The notes below the pieces were generated by a model. It was not told the origin of the DNA and searched no databases. It saw only the letters and a list, made by a program, of their open reading frames with translations. A program made the position numbers and the translations under genes. From a candidate division FCPU426 bacterium (GTDB lineage: Bacteria > Oederibacteriota > Muellerivitia > Muellerivitales > Muellerivitaceae), in assembly GCA_963847625.1 (NCBI GenBank), contig CAWKAR010000039.1, forward strand, positions 32,001 to 96,000: DNA of 64,000 nucleotides, written 5' to 3'. Numbering within the stretch: position 1 is the first letter of the stretch; each line of letters starts with the position of its first letter. Positions 49,250 to 59,424 of the stretch are shown here, piece by piece.

Positions 49250-50422
49250 TTGAAACTTCACGAGTACCAAGCCAAGGAAATCTTCGCCAAGTACGGGCTT
49301 CCGGTGGCGCCCGGCATGGTGGTGAAACACCTTCAGGAAATGGACGACGTCCTGAAACGCTTTCCCACAGGGCCCTGGGTGGTGAAAGCGCAGATCCACG
49401 CGGGCAGAAGGGGAAAGAGCGGGGGGGTCAAGCTGGTCAAGACCGAGGAGGAGCTTCGCCAAAAGGCCAGCGATATCCTGGGCATGACCCTCATCTCCCC
49501 CCAGACCGGCCCCCAAGGGCGCCTGGTCAAAAAAATCTTCGTCACCCCTGCCGTAGGATATGTCCGGGAACTTTACGTCGGTGTGGTCCTAGACCGCGTG
49601 AGCAGGCGCCCGGTGATCCTGGCGGCTTCCGAAGGCGGCACCGAGATCGAGGAGCTGGCCGCTACACAAACCGGGGCCATCCAAAAAGTACCCCTGGACC
49701 CCATAGAAGGCCTGCGGCCTTTCCAAGCCCGCCAATTGCACCTGGACCTCGGCCTATCCCGGGAAAAAATCAACCAGGGAGCCAAGTTGTTCCAGGACCT
49801 GGTGCGGATGTTCCTGGACCTGGATTTAACCCTGGCGGAAGTGAACCCCCTGGTCGTGCTGAAAAACGACGACCTCCACTGCCTGGACGCAAAAATTTCC
49901 TTCGATGACAATGGCTTGTCCCGGCACAAGGAATACGCCTCCTTGCGGGATGCGGACGAGGAAGATCCCCGCGAACTGCAAGCTTCCGAATTCGGCCTTT
50001 CCTACATCTCATTAGATGGAAGCATCGGGAGCCTGGTCACCGGGGCGGGATTGGCCATGGCCACCGCCGACGCCATCCAGCATTTCGGCGGATCGCCGGC
50101 TAATTTTCTCGACGTGGGAGATGGGGCCAGCACGAAGGCGGTCACCGAAGCCTTCAAACTCATCCTGTCCGATAACCGGGTCAAGGCCGTCCTTGTCAAC
50201 ATTTTCGGGGGCATCATGAAATGCGACGTCATTGCCCAGGGTATCCTGGACGCCGCCCGGGATGTGGGAATAAAACTGCCCATGGTCATCCGGTTGGAGG
50301 GAACCAACTTGGAACAGGGCAAGGAAATCCTGACCAAATCCGACCTTACTTACAGCTTCGCATCCAGTATGGACGAGGCTGCGAAAGCCGCGGTAGCCGC
50401 CGCGGGCGGGCCGCGGCAATGA
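49250..50422 (+). CDS. sucC: Succinyl-CoA synthetase beta subunit
   Basis: [45 protein letters not shown]. Confidence 0.93.
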   Translation: MKLHEYQAKEIFAKYGLPVAPGMVVKHLQEMDDVLKRFPTGPWVVKAQIHAGRRGKSGGVKLVKTEEELRQKASDILGMTLISPQTGPQGRLVKKIFVTPAVGYVRELYVGVVLDRVSRRPVILAASEGGTEIEELAATQTGAIQKVPLDPIEGLRPFQARQLHLDLGLSREKINQGAKLFQDLVRMFLDLDLTLAEVNPLVVLKNDDLHCLDAKISFDDNGLSRHKEYASLRDADEEDPRELQASEFGLSYISLDGSIGSLVTGAGLAMATADAIQHFGGSPANFLDVGDGASTKAVTEAFKLILSDNRVKAVLVNIFGGIMKCDVIAQGILDAARDVGIKLPMVIRLEGTNLEQGKEILTKSDLTYSFASSMDEAAKAAVAAAGGPRQ

Positions 50423-51333
50423 GCATATTCTTAAACAAGAACGCGAAAGTCATCTGCCAGGGCATCACCGGTTTAGCCGGATTGTTTCATTCCAAGGCTT
50501 GCCGGGAATATGGCACACAAATCGTGGGAGGCGTTACGCCGGGAAAAGGCGGGACGGAGGTGGAGGGTTTCAAGGTATTCGACACCGTGTCGGAGGCGGT
50601 GGGAAAGACTGGAGCCGACACCACCATGATATTCGTGCCGGCCATGTTTGCGGCAGACGCCATTCTGGAAGCCGCTGCGGCCGGAATCAAGCTCATCGTG
50701 TGCATCACCGAGGGGATTCCCGCCAACGACATGGCACGAGTTGTGAAGTTTCTAGAAAGCTTTCCTCAGACCCGTTTGATCGGGCCCAATTGCCCGGGAA
50801 TCATTACGCCGGGTGAATCCAAAGTGGGGATCATGCCGGCCTACATCCATAAACCCGGCCGAATCGGCATCGTTTCCCGGTCGGGGACCCTGACCTACGA
50901 GGCGGTTTGGCAGGTTACCCAATTAGGTTTAGGCCAATCCACCTGCCTGGGAATCGGTGGGGACCCCATCGTCGGAACCAGCCACCGGGAGGCCTTAGAA
51001 GCCTTCAACCGGGACAAGGGCACCCAGGCTGTCATCCTGATTGGGGAGATTGGGGGTACCGCTGAGGAAGAGGCGGCCCAATATGTTAAAAAGGAAATGA
51101 AAAAACCCGTGGCTGCTTTTATTGCTGGAATGACGGCTCCCCCGGGCAAGCGCATGGGCCATGCCGGGGCGGTCGTCTCCGGTGGACATGGTACGGCTAA
51201 AGAGAAAATTGAGGCCCTGGAAGCCGCAGGGATTGTAGTGGCCCAGAGTCCGGGGGAGATTGGAAACGCCCTGGTGGAGGTCCTCAAGAATAAGAAGGGT
51301 AAGACCAAATCCAAGACTAAAAAGGAAAAATAA
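50419..51333 (+). CDS. sucD: Succinyl-CoA synthetase alpha subunit
   Basis: ATGA overlap with suc[30 protein letters not shown] (phospho-His). Confidence 0.97.
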   Translation: MSIFLNKNAKVICQGITGLAGLFHSKACREYGTQIVGGVTPGKGGTEVEGFKVFDTVSEAVGKTGADTTMIFVPAMFAADAILEAAAAGIKLIVCITEGIPANDMARVVKFLESFPQTRLIGPNCPGIITPGESKVGIMPAYIHKPGRIGIVSRSGTLTYEAVWQVTQLGLGQSTCLGIGGDPIVGTSHREALEAFNRDKGTQAVILIGEIGGTAEEEAAQYVKKEMKKPVAAFIAGMTAPPGKRMGHAGAVVSGGHGTAKEKIEALEAAGIVVAQSPGEIGNALVEVLKNKKGKTKSKTKKEK

Positions 51334-51403
51334 ATTCCGTTGTTTTTTTCGTATAGGCAAAAGCACTGGAAAATTTTTCTAAACTTGCAAGTTCAATGGT
51401 TTT

Positions 51404-52297
51404 TCAGGATGTGTAAAGATTTTTCATAGCTTCCAAAATGATGGCTTCTTGAGGACCCCAAATTCTCGAATCGGTCGAAGAAAAAACTGCGAAAGTTCTC
51501 AAGCCGCAGGCCGAAGCCAATTGAGTCACCCCACTGTCATTTCCGAGGAAGACCGCGGATTGGGAAAAAACAGCCGCTAAATCCCGAAGTTCCAAAGGTT
51601 GGTTCAGGACTTGGACATCCTTTAAATCCCCGAAGGCTTTTCGGATTTGGTCTATGTTTTTTTCTTCGGCTTCCCCCCAAACCACCAATACCTGCTTTTG
51701 GGATTCTTTCACGGCCCTTTCGGCCGCGTTTCTAAAAAATGAAAGTGGGGCATTCTTGGCCGGGCTTCCGCTACCGGGGTGGATCACCAGGGGAGCCGAG
51801 AGTCCCAATGAGGACAGGATGGTTTCTCCCTTTTTGCGCATGGCATCTCCGATCCGCAGTTTGGATAGCCGGAAAGGTGAATCGGGGGGCAAGCTTTTTC
51901 CTGCGGCTGTTTCTAACCAATATTCAGCCGCCCATCGGGCTTCCTTTAAAAATTCATCGAAGGTTTTGGCGGATTGATGGATTTTTAAGCCGGGAATTTC
52001 TAAAATCTTTTTTAGGATATTATCATCGGGTTCCTTAAAGAAAAGATAGGCATCACTGTAATAAGACCAGAAAGGATCTGGACCGTTAGTCATTAGATTT
52101 TGAAGAACTTTTTCCAGGGAAAGGATTTCTTGGACGCCCATCAAGTCAGCACCCAAGGAGCTGTAGGGAAAAGTGCCGGCAACCGTAACAGGTGCGGAAG
52201 ATTGAAGAAATTGAAGGGCCGGTAAGGTCAAGAGACAGTCCCCCAAACTGCCGGCGGTCAGCACGATTGTTTTTTGTTTTTCCAAGGTAGATGCCAT
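51404..52297 (-). CDS. Glycosyltransferase family 9 (LPS heptosyltransferase-like)
   Basis: GSLGDCLLTLPAL, IHPGSGS..K, FLGNDSGVTQLA, WGP. Confidence 0.88.
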   Translation of the reverse strand: MASTLEKQKTIVLTAGSLGDCLLTLPALQFLQSSAPVTVAGTFPYSSLGADLMGVQEILSLEKVLQNLMTNGPDPFWSYYSDAYLFFKEPDDNILKKILEIPGLKIHQSAKTFDEFLKEARWAAEYWLETAAGKSLPPDSPFRLSKLRIGDAMRKKGETILSSLGLSAPLVIHPGSGSPAKNAPLSFFRNAAERAVKESQKQVLVVWGEAEEKNIDQIRKAFGDLKDVQVLNQPLELRDLAAVFSQSAVFLGNDSGVTQLASACGLRTFAVFSSTDSRIWGPQEAIILEAMKNLYTS

Positions 52298-52364
52298 TAT
52301 AAAACGTTTTTGTGATCAAGCAATTTACCGACAAACTTATGGTGAAGCCAATCGAAAATAATTT

Positions 52365-52396
52365 TGTAAACCGGTTCAAAAGACGAAAGCGCTTCC
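52365..52396. promoter_or_regulatory. Candidate LacI-type operators in the GT9/GH divergent intergenic region
   Basis: TGTAAACCGGTTCA (52365) and GAAAGCGCTTCC (52385). Confidence 0.5.
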
Positions 52397-52617
52397 CAAG
52401 AATCTTAATAATCACTCTGTTTTACGTTGGTTTGAAGGCTTTTTTATGCTTTCATGGAGACCAATTTTTAAAGGACGGTTTACCTTAGTCTGACTGCCGG
52501 TAATTTCCGTTTTCTATAGGTTGGTTTAATAAGTCGTCGAAACGTAAAACAAGTTAGTCCTATTATCAATTATCCGCGTCTTAAAATCTTATTAGTAATA
52601 AAGAGGTTTAATCTGAT

Positions 52618-55053
52618 ATGAAATTACTCAAATTCAAGATCATTTTCTCCACGTTAATTCTGCTTGCTTGGCCTTTGTTTCTGAACGCCCAAACCCAGCC
52701 GGCTACCATTACGATCAACTCGGCTTCAACCATCACCTCATTCGTTCCCATCAGCATTTTTGGAAACAACACGGCCTATTGGACGAATAACGGTGATGAC
52801 ATGTCTGTGCAGCCTTTGGTCCAGGCGGTGGGAAATTATTTCATACGATATCCAGGCGGTTCCTCCTCGGATATTTTCCATTGGAACGGATCGGGAACTT
52901 TTAATTCCAACGGTTATTGGATTCCCAGCGGAACCACTTATGCTCCTGGTCATCAATGTAATCAAACTTACGCGGGAACAACTGCATCCAATGCCGGGGG
53001 TTATTCCAATATAACAGACGGAGATATCTCCACGACCTGGCTTTCTAACGTGGACACGGATTTACCAAACCACCAGTGGGTCCAGCTTTCCGCAGGGATT
53101 CAAGTGAACGCCATTACCATTGTCTGGGGTAACCCTTACGCCACATCATTTCAAATTCAATACTATAACGGCTGGCCTTGGAGCAATAGCGTCTTGGAAA
53201 GTGCATGGTCATCAGTGGTGACTATGACGGGCACCGGGGGAACTCAGGGGGTGACTTTTGCCCCCATTTCCCCTCAATATATCCGCATCCTCATGACTGT
53301 CTCTTCGGGGCCGGTGACGGCCAACTTGGGTTCGGTGACGGTCATCGGCCCCGCTTACGCCATCGCTGAGGCGTCTTTATATAATGGGACGACTTTAGTT
53401 TCCTCGAGCAATACCCAGGTTTGGGTTTCCAGTACAGATCCCGCTTCCAGCAACGGCTGGCAACCTTCCTTCGACTTTGAATCCTTCATGTCCTATATGA
53501 ACGCCTTCGGCACCAACCTGAAAGCTATTCCCATCATCACCGTCAATTTTGGGACCGGAACACCGGCCGAGGCGGCCTCCTGGGTTTATTACGCCAATAA
53601 AGTGGCGCATCCACAATACCCGAACTGGGCCGGCTGCCATTACTGGCAGATCGGCAACGAGGACGAAGGTTTCTGGGAGGCGGGTGGGCCTATTCCCACT
53701 CAGGATTATGTCAGGCGTTATATCGAGTATTACGACGCCATGAAGGCCGTGGATTCGAGCATCATTATCACGGGCCCGGTGGCAGGAGGATTCAATACGC
53801 CATCCAATATGTACGATGGAAACGGTGTGATGCAGGATTTCATCAATATTTTAAAAGTGAAAGGAAAACTTGATCATCTCAACGCCATCGATTTCCATTG
53901 GTATCCCGAGGGAGGCAGCTATACCGATGCCAGCGCCTTGGCCAGCACCTCCTCCTTGGATTCTTATCCGGGGCAATTGAACGGCTGGCTTTCAAACGCG
54001 GGTATTGTCAGTCCATCCGCCGTGCCGGTGATGATGACCGAATACAACGTCGATCCTGGGAATGAAAATTTCCAGGTCCAGTTGGGGGACGGCCTTTGGC
54101 TGGCCGACGCCTTGGGACATTTCATCACGGACTTCGGGAGCCGCGGTTACTGCAACCTTTGGGACACCTTGAATGGGGGAAATAACGACGGGGATTACTA
54201 CATAACCGCTGGTGATTTAGGATACCTGGACGCGGCCTATAACTATGCACCGCGCGCTACCTATTGGGCCATGAAAATGATGACCAACGATTGGGCTATC
54301 CCTGGTGATACCAATGCCCATCAACTGATTACAGCCAACAGCAGTACTGCGTCCCTCGCGGCTTACGCGGACTATCGCCCTGATAGCATCATTTCGTTGG
54401 TGGTGGTCAATAAAGACCCGAGCAACTTTTATAATACATGGGTGACAGGCATCCCTTACACCCCCAACGCCACCGCCGATGAGTGGACCTTCGATTCCAC
54501 CAATTACCAGTGGGTGATCACCGGGTCAACGCCATACCACGCCACGCCGAATACGGCCCCGACTACCCTCACATTAAGCGGGGTAGCCAGCTCATTCCCT
54601 GTCACTTTTGGGCCTTATTCTATAACGGTTTTGCAGATTAACCATCCAGCCACTTCTACGCCTACCTTTACTCCACCCCCCTGTACCGACGGTTCCGGAC
54701 ACACTTGTACTCCCACCAATACCCCCACCGCGACGATCACGCCCACTCCCACGGCGACGGTTACGAATCTCAATGTTCTTTTTCCCAACCCTATTCGGGA
54801 CCAAACACCCCTGAACTTTTATTACCATTTGGATTCCAACAATGACTGGGTGAAAGTCAAAATATTCACGACTTCATTCAGAAAAATTTACGAGCAGGAC
54901 AGCTTGCCGTTTAAACAAGGAACACACCCTTACCAGCTGAATTGGGCCCAATCGGGATTAAACCCAGCCAATGGACTTTATTATGTTGTTTTGGACCGGC
55001 TAAATGGCGGTCATGAGAGCCTCCAGATCATGAAACTTCTCATCTTTCGCTAA
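52618..55053 (+). CDS. Secreted clan GH-A glycoside hydrolase (GH51/GH44/GH79-like) with inserted discoidin/CBM32-like domain, Thr-Pro linker and T9SS-CTD-like tail
   Basis: Signal peptide; IRYPGGS, WQIGNE (acid/base), MTEYN (nucleophile); ITDGD..TTW...WVQL...YIRI insert; TPT repeats; FPNP...GLYYV...KLLI tail. Confidence 0.8.
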   Translation: MKLLKFKIIFSTLILLAWPLFLNAQTQPATITINSASTITSFVPISIFGNNTAYWTNNGDDMSVQPLVQAVGNYFIRYPGGSSSDIFHWNGSGTFNSNGYWIPSGTTYAPGHQCNQTYAGTTASNAGGYSNITDGDISTTWLSNVDTDLPNHQWVQLSAGIQVNAITIVWGNPYATSFQIQYYNGWPWSNSVLESAWSSVVTMTGTGGTQGVTFAPISPQYIRILMTVSSGPVTANLGSVTVIGPAYAIAEASLYNGTTLVSSSNTQVWVSSTDPASSNGWQPSFDFESFMSYMNAFGTNLKAIPIITVNFGTGTPAEAASWVYYANKVAHPQYPNWAGCHYWQIGNEDEGFWEAGGPIPTQDYVRRYIEYYDAMKAVDSSIIITGPVAGGFNTPSNMYDGNGVMQDFINILKVKGKLDHLNAIDFHWYPEGGSYTDASALASTSSLDSYPGQLNGWLSNAGIVSPSAVPVMMTEYNVDPGNENFQVQLGDGLWLADALGHFITDFGSRGYCNLWDTLNGGNNDGDYYITAGDLGYLDAAYNYAPRATYWAMKMMTNDWAIPGDTNAHQLITANSSTASLAAYADYRPDSIISLVVVNKDPSNFYNTWVTGIPYTPNATADEWTFDSTNYQWVITGSTPYHATPNTAPTTLTLSGVASSFPVTFGPYSITVLQINHPATSTPTFTPPPCTDGSGHTCTPTNTPTATITPTPTATVTNLNVLFPNPIRDQTPLNFYYHLDSNNDWVKVKIFTTSFRKIYEQDSLPFKQGTHPYQLNWAQSGLNPANGLYYVVLDRLNGGHESLQIMKLLIFR

Positions 55054-55185
55054 AACCCTCTTAAACGTTTTTTTCACAACTTGAAACCCACTGAAAATGT
55101 CAGGTAATATGATAATGTCTTTTTCCAAAAGTAATGGAATTGAATAAATTCGACTTCGCCTTTAAATGTTGTTGAAGAGGCAAAC

Positions 55186-56301
55186 ATGGCTGAGCAATTC
55201 TACGAAATCAAGCGTCGCAAGACCCGAACTGTCATGGTTGGGAAGGTCCAGGTGGGAAGCGGGGCTCCCATCTCCATCCAATCCATGACCAACACCCATA
55301 CCTACGATATCCAGGAAACGCTTGACCAGATCAAGCGCCTGGAAGACGCAGGGTGCGAGATCATTCGAGTAACGGTGGAGAATCAGAAATCCCTCAAGGC
55401 TCTTGGGAAGATTAAATCGAAAATGAGAGTGCCTTTGGTGGCGGACATTCATTTCGCCTACCAGCTCGCTTTGGGGGCCGTGGATGAGGGCGCGGATAAA
55501 ATCCGCATCAACCCTGGAAATATCGGCGGGATGGATCGGCTGGCGCTAGTGGTCGAAAAATGCAAACAACATAACGTGGCCATGCGGGTGGGAGTGAATT
55601 CAGGTTCTTTGGAAAAGGATCTGCTAGAGAAATACGGCCATCCTACGCCCGAGGCTATCGTGGAATCTGCTCTCCGGCATATCCGCTTCATCGAGTCCCT
55701 GGGCTACCAAAGCCTGGTTATCTCCGTAAAAAGCTCCCACGTGCCTACCATGATTCGTTCCTACCGTCTCCTGGCGGAGAAGTGCGAATACCCCTTACAC
55801 GTGGGAGTCACCGAGGCCGGCACCAAGACGCAAGGCATCACCAAGAGCGCTGCTGGAATCGGGGCGGTCTTGGCTGAGGGCATCGGGGACACCATCCGGG
55901 TTTCGCTCACCGCCGACCCGGTGGAGGAGATAAAAGTCGCAACCCAGCTTTTGCGCGCAATGGGTTTGAGGAAGGAAGGGGTGGACATTGTGGCCTGCCC
56001 TACTTGCGGACGCTGTCACGTTGACCTGGAAGCGATGGTGGATGCGGTGGAAAACGCTACTTTGAACATAAAGACCCCCCTGCGGGTGGCCGTTATGGGA
56101 TGCGTAGTAAACGGTCTCGGAGAGGGGGCGGAAGCGGATATCGGCTTATGCTCCGAAAAGGGCCATGGGGTTATTTTCGAGAAGGGCAAGGTCACGACCC
56201 GCTTGAAGGAAGAAGAATTGGTGTCCCATTTGATCAACGAGGTCAAGAAAAGGGCCGAAGAAATGTCTAAAAAAGCTCAATTCCCAGCAGAAAGTACCTG
56301 A
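55186..56301 (+). CDS. ispG: (E)-4-hydroxy-3-methylbut-2-enyl-diphosphate synthase
   Basis: QSMTNT, VADIHF, RINPGN, RVGVNSGS, CPTCGR, MGCVVNG.GE. Confidence 0.98.
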   Translation: MAEQFYEIKRRKTRTVMVGKVQVGSGAPISIQSMTNTHTYDIQETLDQIKRLEDAGCEIIRVTVENQKSLKALGKIKSKMRVPLVADIHFAYQLALGAVDEGADKIRINPGNIGGMDRLALVVEKCKQHNVAMRVGVNSGSLEKDLLEKYGHPTPEAIVESALRHIRFIESLGYQSLVISVKSSHVPTMIRSYRLLAEKCEYPLHVGVTEAGTKTQGITKSAAGIGAVLAEGIGDTIRVSLTADPVEEIKVATQLLRAMGLRKEGVDIVACPTCGRCHVDLEAMVDAVENATLNIKTPLRVAVMGCVVNGLGEGAEADIGLCSEKGHGVIFEKGKVTTRLKEEELVSHLINEVKKRAEEMSKKAQFPAEST

Positions 56302-56381
56302 AATTTTTTCGCCGTTTTGGCTGGATAACCTTATTTAATTCCTTGCTGAAATCACACAATTGAAGAAAATAGTTCTTCGAG

Positions 56382-56413
56382 AGGGGTACGGTATGCCGTA
56401 CTCCTTAATTTTT
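56382..56413 (+). terminator. Hairpin plus T-rich tract between ispG and proS
   Basis: AGGGGTACGG-TATG-CCGTACTCCT then TAATTTTT; no T-box consensus seen. Confidence 0.5.
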
Positions 56414-56447
56414 ACCCGCGGTTTATTTGGTGAATAAAAGGATTTTT

Positions 56448-58175
56448 ATGCGAGTCTCCAAAGCCTTGATTCCCACCGTCAAGGAAACTCCCGGCGAGGC
56501 GGAAATTCCCTCCCATAAACTTATGCTTCGGGCTGGATTGATGCGTAAGGTGGCCTCAGGCATCTACGAGTACCTTCCCCTGGGCGTGCGTTCCATCTTG
56601 AAAGTGTCAAATATCATCCGGGAGGAAATGACCCGGGCTGGTGCCCAGGAAGTGCTTCTTCCCATCATGACACCTGCTGAACTTTGGGTGGAAACGGGCC
56701 GATGGCAGAAATACGGGAAGGAACTCATGCGCTTGAAGGACCGCCATGAGCGCGACTACGCTCTCGGACCCACGCACGAGGAGGTTATCACTGACCTTGT
56801 GCGAAGGGAACTCAAGAGTTACAAACAACTGCCCTTGAATCTTTTCCAGATCGCCACCAAATTCCGGGACGAGGTCCGTCCCCGGTTCGGGGTCATGCGC
56901 AGCCGAGAGTTTCTCATGAAGGATGGTTATTCCTTCGACGTGGACAACGAGGCTTGCGACAAGACTTATTGGGCCATGGTGGAGGCTTACAAACGGGTTT
57001 TCAAGCGATGTGGCTTGTCTTTTTCCCCTGTGGAAGCGGACTCGGGCCTGATTGGGGGGAGCTTCACCCATGAATTCATGGTCCTAGCCGAGACCGGAGA
57101 AGCAGCCATCGCCATGTGTGAAGCTTGTGGGTATGCGGCTAACCTAGAAAAAGCCGTTTCGGTTCCATTACCTCACACTGCTGAAGAATCTGGCCCGGCT
57201 TTCTCGAAGGTGGAAACACCCGGCAAGCACACCGTAGAAGATGTTGGCAAATTCCTGAAATTGCCGCCTCAACAATTCATCAAGACCCTCATATTCATAG
57301 CGGATGGGAAACCGGTGGCCGTCATGGCGCGAGGGGACCACGAGGTCAACGAGATCAAGGTCAAGAACTACCTCCAAGCCACCGAACTAGCCCTGGCCTC
57401 ATCCGAGAAGGTCATGGAAGCAACCGAAGCCCCGGTGGGGTTTGCCGGGCCCGTGGGATTGAAAGGAATACGCGTGATTTCGGATCAAGCCCTGAAGGGA
57501 GGGCACCAATACGTGACAGGGGGGCTGGAAAAGGATATCCATCTGAAAAACGTTGAATTCGGAAGAGATTTTCCCGAGCCTGAGTGGGGCGATTTTCGAA
57601 ATGTTGCCTCGGGGGAGGGATGTCCCCATTGCGGCAAGCCTGTCAAAGCGGGACGTGGCATCGAGGTGGGACAGACCTTCAAACTGGGGCTCAAGTACTC
57701 GACTTCCATGCATTGCGTTTACCTAGATGAGAAGGGCCAGGAACGGGAGGCGGTCATGGGCTGCTATGGAATCGGCGTCACCCGCACGGTGGGCGCGGCT
57801 ATCGAGCAGCATAATGACGCGGACGGCATCCGGTGGCCCATTTCTATCGCGCCCTATCAGGTGCACCTGCTTTGCCTGAATCCCGCCGAAACCGAGGTGA
57901 CCCGGGTTGCCGACCAGTGTTACGTGGATTTAATGAAAGCCGGATACGAAGTTCTTTATGATGACCGCGCCGACACCACAGCGGGGTTCAAATTCAAGGA
58001 TGCGGATCTTTTGGGCATGCCGCTCGCGGTACGAGTGGGCGCCAAGGGGTTGAAGGAAGGGCTGGTCGAGGTAAAACGACGACGGGAAAAGGAAGTCTCC
58101 AAGGTCCCGATGGCAATGGTGTTGGACAAGGTCAAGGAATTAGCCAGCGAGGAATGGAAAATCTGCACCCCCTGA
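56448..58175 (+). CDS. proS: Proline--tRNA ligase (bacterial type with INS editing domain)
   Basis: SHKLMLRAG, LGPTHEE, KFRDEVRPRFG, GFAGP (INS), GCYGIGVTR. Confidence 0.98.
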   Translation: MRVSKALIPTVKETPGEAEIPSHKLMLRAGLMRKVASGIYEYLPLGVRSILKVSNIIREEMTRAGAQEVLLPIMTPAELWVETGRWQKYGKELMRLKDRHERDYALGPTHEEVITDLVRRELKSYKQLPLNLFQIATKFRDEVRPRFGVMRSREFLMKDGYSFDVDNEACDKTYWAMVEAYKRVFKRCGLSFSPVEADSGLIGGSFTHEFMVLAETGEAAIAMCEACGYAANLEKAVSVPLPHTAEESGPAFSKVETPGKHTVEDVGKFLKLPPQQFIKTLIFIADGKPVAVMARGDHEVNEIKVKNYLQATELALASSEKVMEATEAPVGFAGPVGLKGIRVISDQALKGGHQYVTGGLEKDIHLKNVEFGRDFPEPEWGDFRNVASGEGCPHCGKPVKAGRGIEVGQTFKLGLKYSTSMHCVYLDEKGQEREAVMGCYGIGVTRTVGAAIEQHNDADGIRWPISIAPYQVHLLCLNPAETEVTRVADQCYVDLMKAGYEVLYDDRADTTAGFKFKDADLLGMPLAVRVGAKGLKEGLVEVKRRREKEVSKVPMAMVLDKVKELASEEWKICTP

Positions 58176-58269
58176 ACGGCGATCAGTGGCGATGAAACAC
58201 CCACGATAAACAAAAGCTTGGTTGGGAAGCCCGACGCATTCAGCAAATCTTCTATTAAGGACCGCTTGC

Positions 58270-59424
58270 TTGAAAATCGCCCTGGTTACCGACACCTATT
58301 TTCCCCGAATCAACGGCGTTTCCGCGTCCACCCGGATTTTTGCGGAGGAATTCGATCGGCTCGGCCACGAAGTCCATATTTATGCCCCGGCTTTCCCGAA
58401 CCATATCGACGAGGCGGGCCGCATCCAGGTCCACCGTTTTCCTTCCTGGTATCTTTTTTTCGATCCCGAGGACCGTTTAGGATATCCTTCCGGGGATAAG
58501 AAACTGATTCGTCGGTTCATCGACATGAAGTTCGATGTTGTGCATACCCAAACCCCTTTCACCATAGGGGGTCCCGCGGTGAAATGGGCCCGGCAATCAG
58601 GTGCGAAATTGGTTCACACTTACCATACCCTTTTCGCGGCTTACGTGGAGCATTACCTCTGGTTTTTCCCCAAGAGTTTCAGCGTTTGGTACGCCAAAAC
58701 CGCCAGCCGCCGCTATTGCAATTCCTGTGACCTGGTGGTAACCCCGTCCTCGGAAATGCGGGAGGTGCTCCTGGGTTACGGCGTGACAAAGCCCATCGAG
58801 GTGGTACCCACCGGTATCCGGTTGGAAAAATTCAAAGGAAGCGATCCAAAAAGATTCCGGGAACTTAAGGGTTATAAACCCGAGGACAAGGTCCTTTTAT
58901 TCATGGGCCGGGTGGCGGAGGAAAAAAACATCGATTTTTTACTTCGAGTAATCCACCGATTGGTAGCCCGGATACCTTGTTTGCATTTCCTGATCGCGGG
59001 GGAAGGAGCGGCCAAGAAACGCCTCCAGAAAATGGCTTTCGAATTGGGCTTGGGTGACCGCGTTTTATTTGCCGGTTACTTGGACCGGGAGGATTGGCGG
59101 GATTGTTACGCCGGGGCGGACCTTTTCATTTTAGCTTCGGTCACCGAAACCCAGGGGCTGGTTGTTACCGAGGCCATGGCAGCCGGTGTACCTGTTGTGG
59201 CGGTGGGGGAGATGGGCGTCAAGGAAGTGATGGCTTCCGGCAAGGGGGGCATCCAAACCCAGTTGGACGAAGATGAATTTTCCGAGGCTGTCTACCGAAT
59301 GATGACCGACCCGGCGCTCTACGCCCAAAAAAAATCGGAAACACTTGTTGAAGCCGAGAAATGGTCTTCCACCACCATGGCCAAGAAAATGATCAAAGCG
59401 TATGAAAACATTCCCCGGAAATGA
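58270..59424 (+). CDS. GT4 glycosyltransferase (diacylglycerol glucosyltransferase-like)
   Basis: KIALVTDTYFPRINGV, HTQTPF, HTYHT, GRVAEEKN, ETQGLVVTEA; TTG start. Confidence 0.92.
   Translation: MKIALVTDTYFPRINGVSASTRIFAEEFDRLGHEVHIYAPAFPNHIDEAGRIQVHRFPSWYLFFDPEDRLGYPSGDKKLIRRFIDMKFDVVHTQTPFTIGGPAVKWARQSGAKLVHTYHTLFAAYVEHYLWFFPKSFSVWYAKTASRRYCNSCDLVVTPSSEMREVLLGYGVTKPIEVVPTGIRLEKFKGSDPKRFRELKGYKPEDKVLLFMGRVAEEKNIDFLLRVIHRLVARIPCLHFLIAGEGAAKKRLQKMAFELGLGDRVLFAGYLDREDWRDCYAGADLFILASVTETQGLVVTEAMAAGVPVVAVGEMGVKEVMASGKGGIQTQLDEDEFSEAVYRMMTDPALYAQKKSETLVEAEKWSSTTMAKKMIKAYENIPRK

Noticed and set aside
48961..49908. 315-aa alternate-frame ORF overlapping rseP/sucC
   Set aside because: Pro/Gly/Arg-rich off-frame translation overlapping two conserved genes.
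56302..56447. T-box leader for proS
   Set aside because: There is a terminator-like hairpin, but no UGGNACC T-box bulge sequence or specifier stem, and the region is short.
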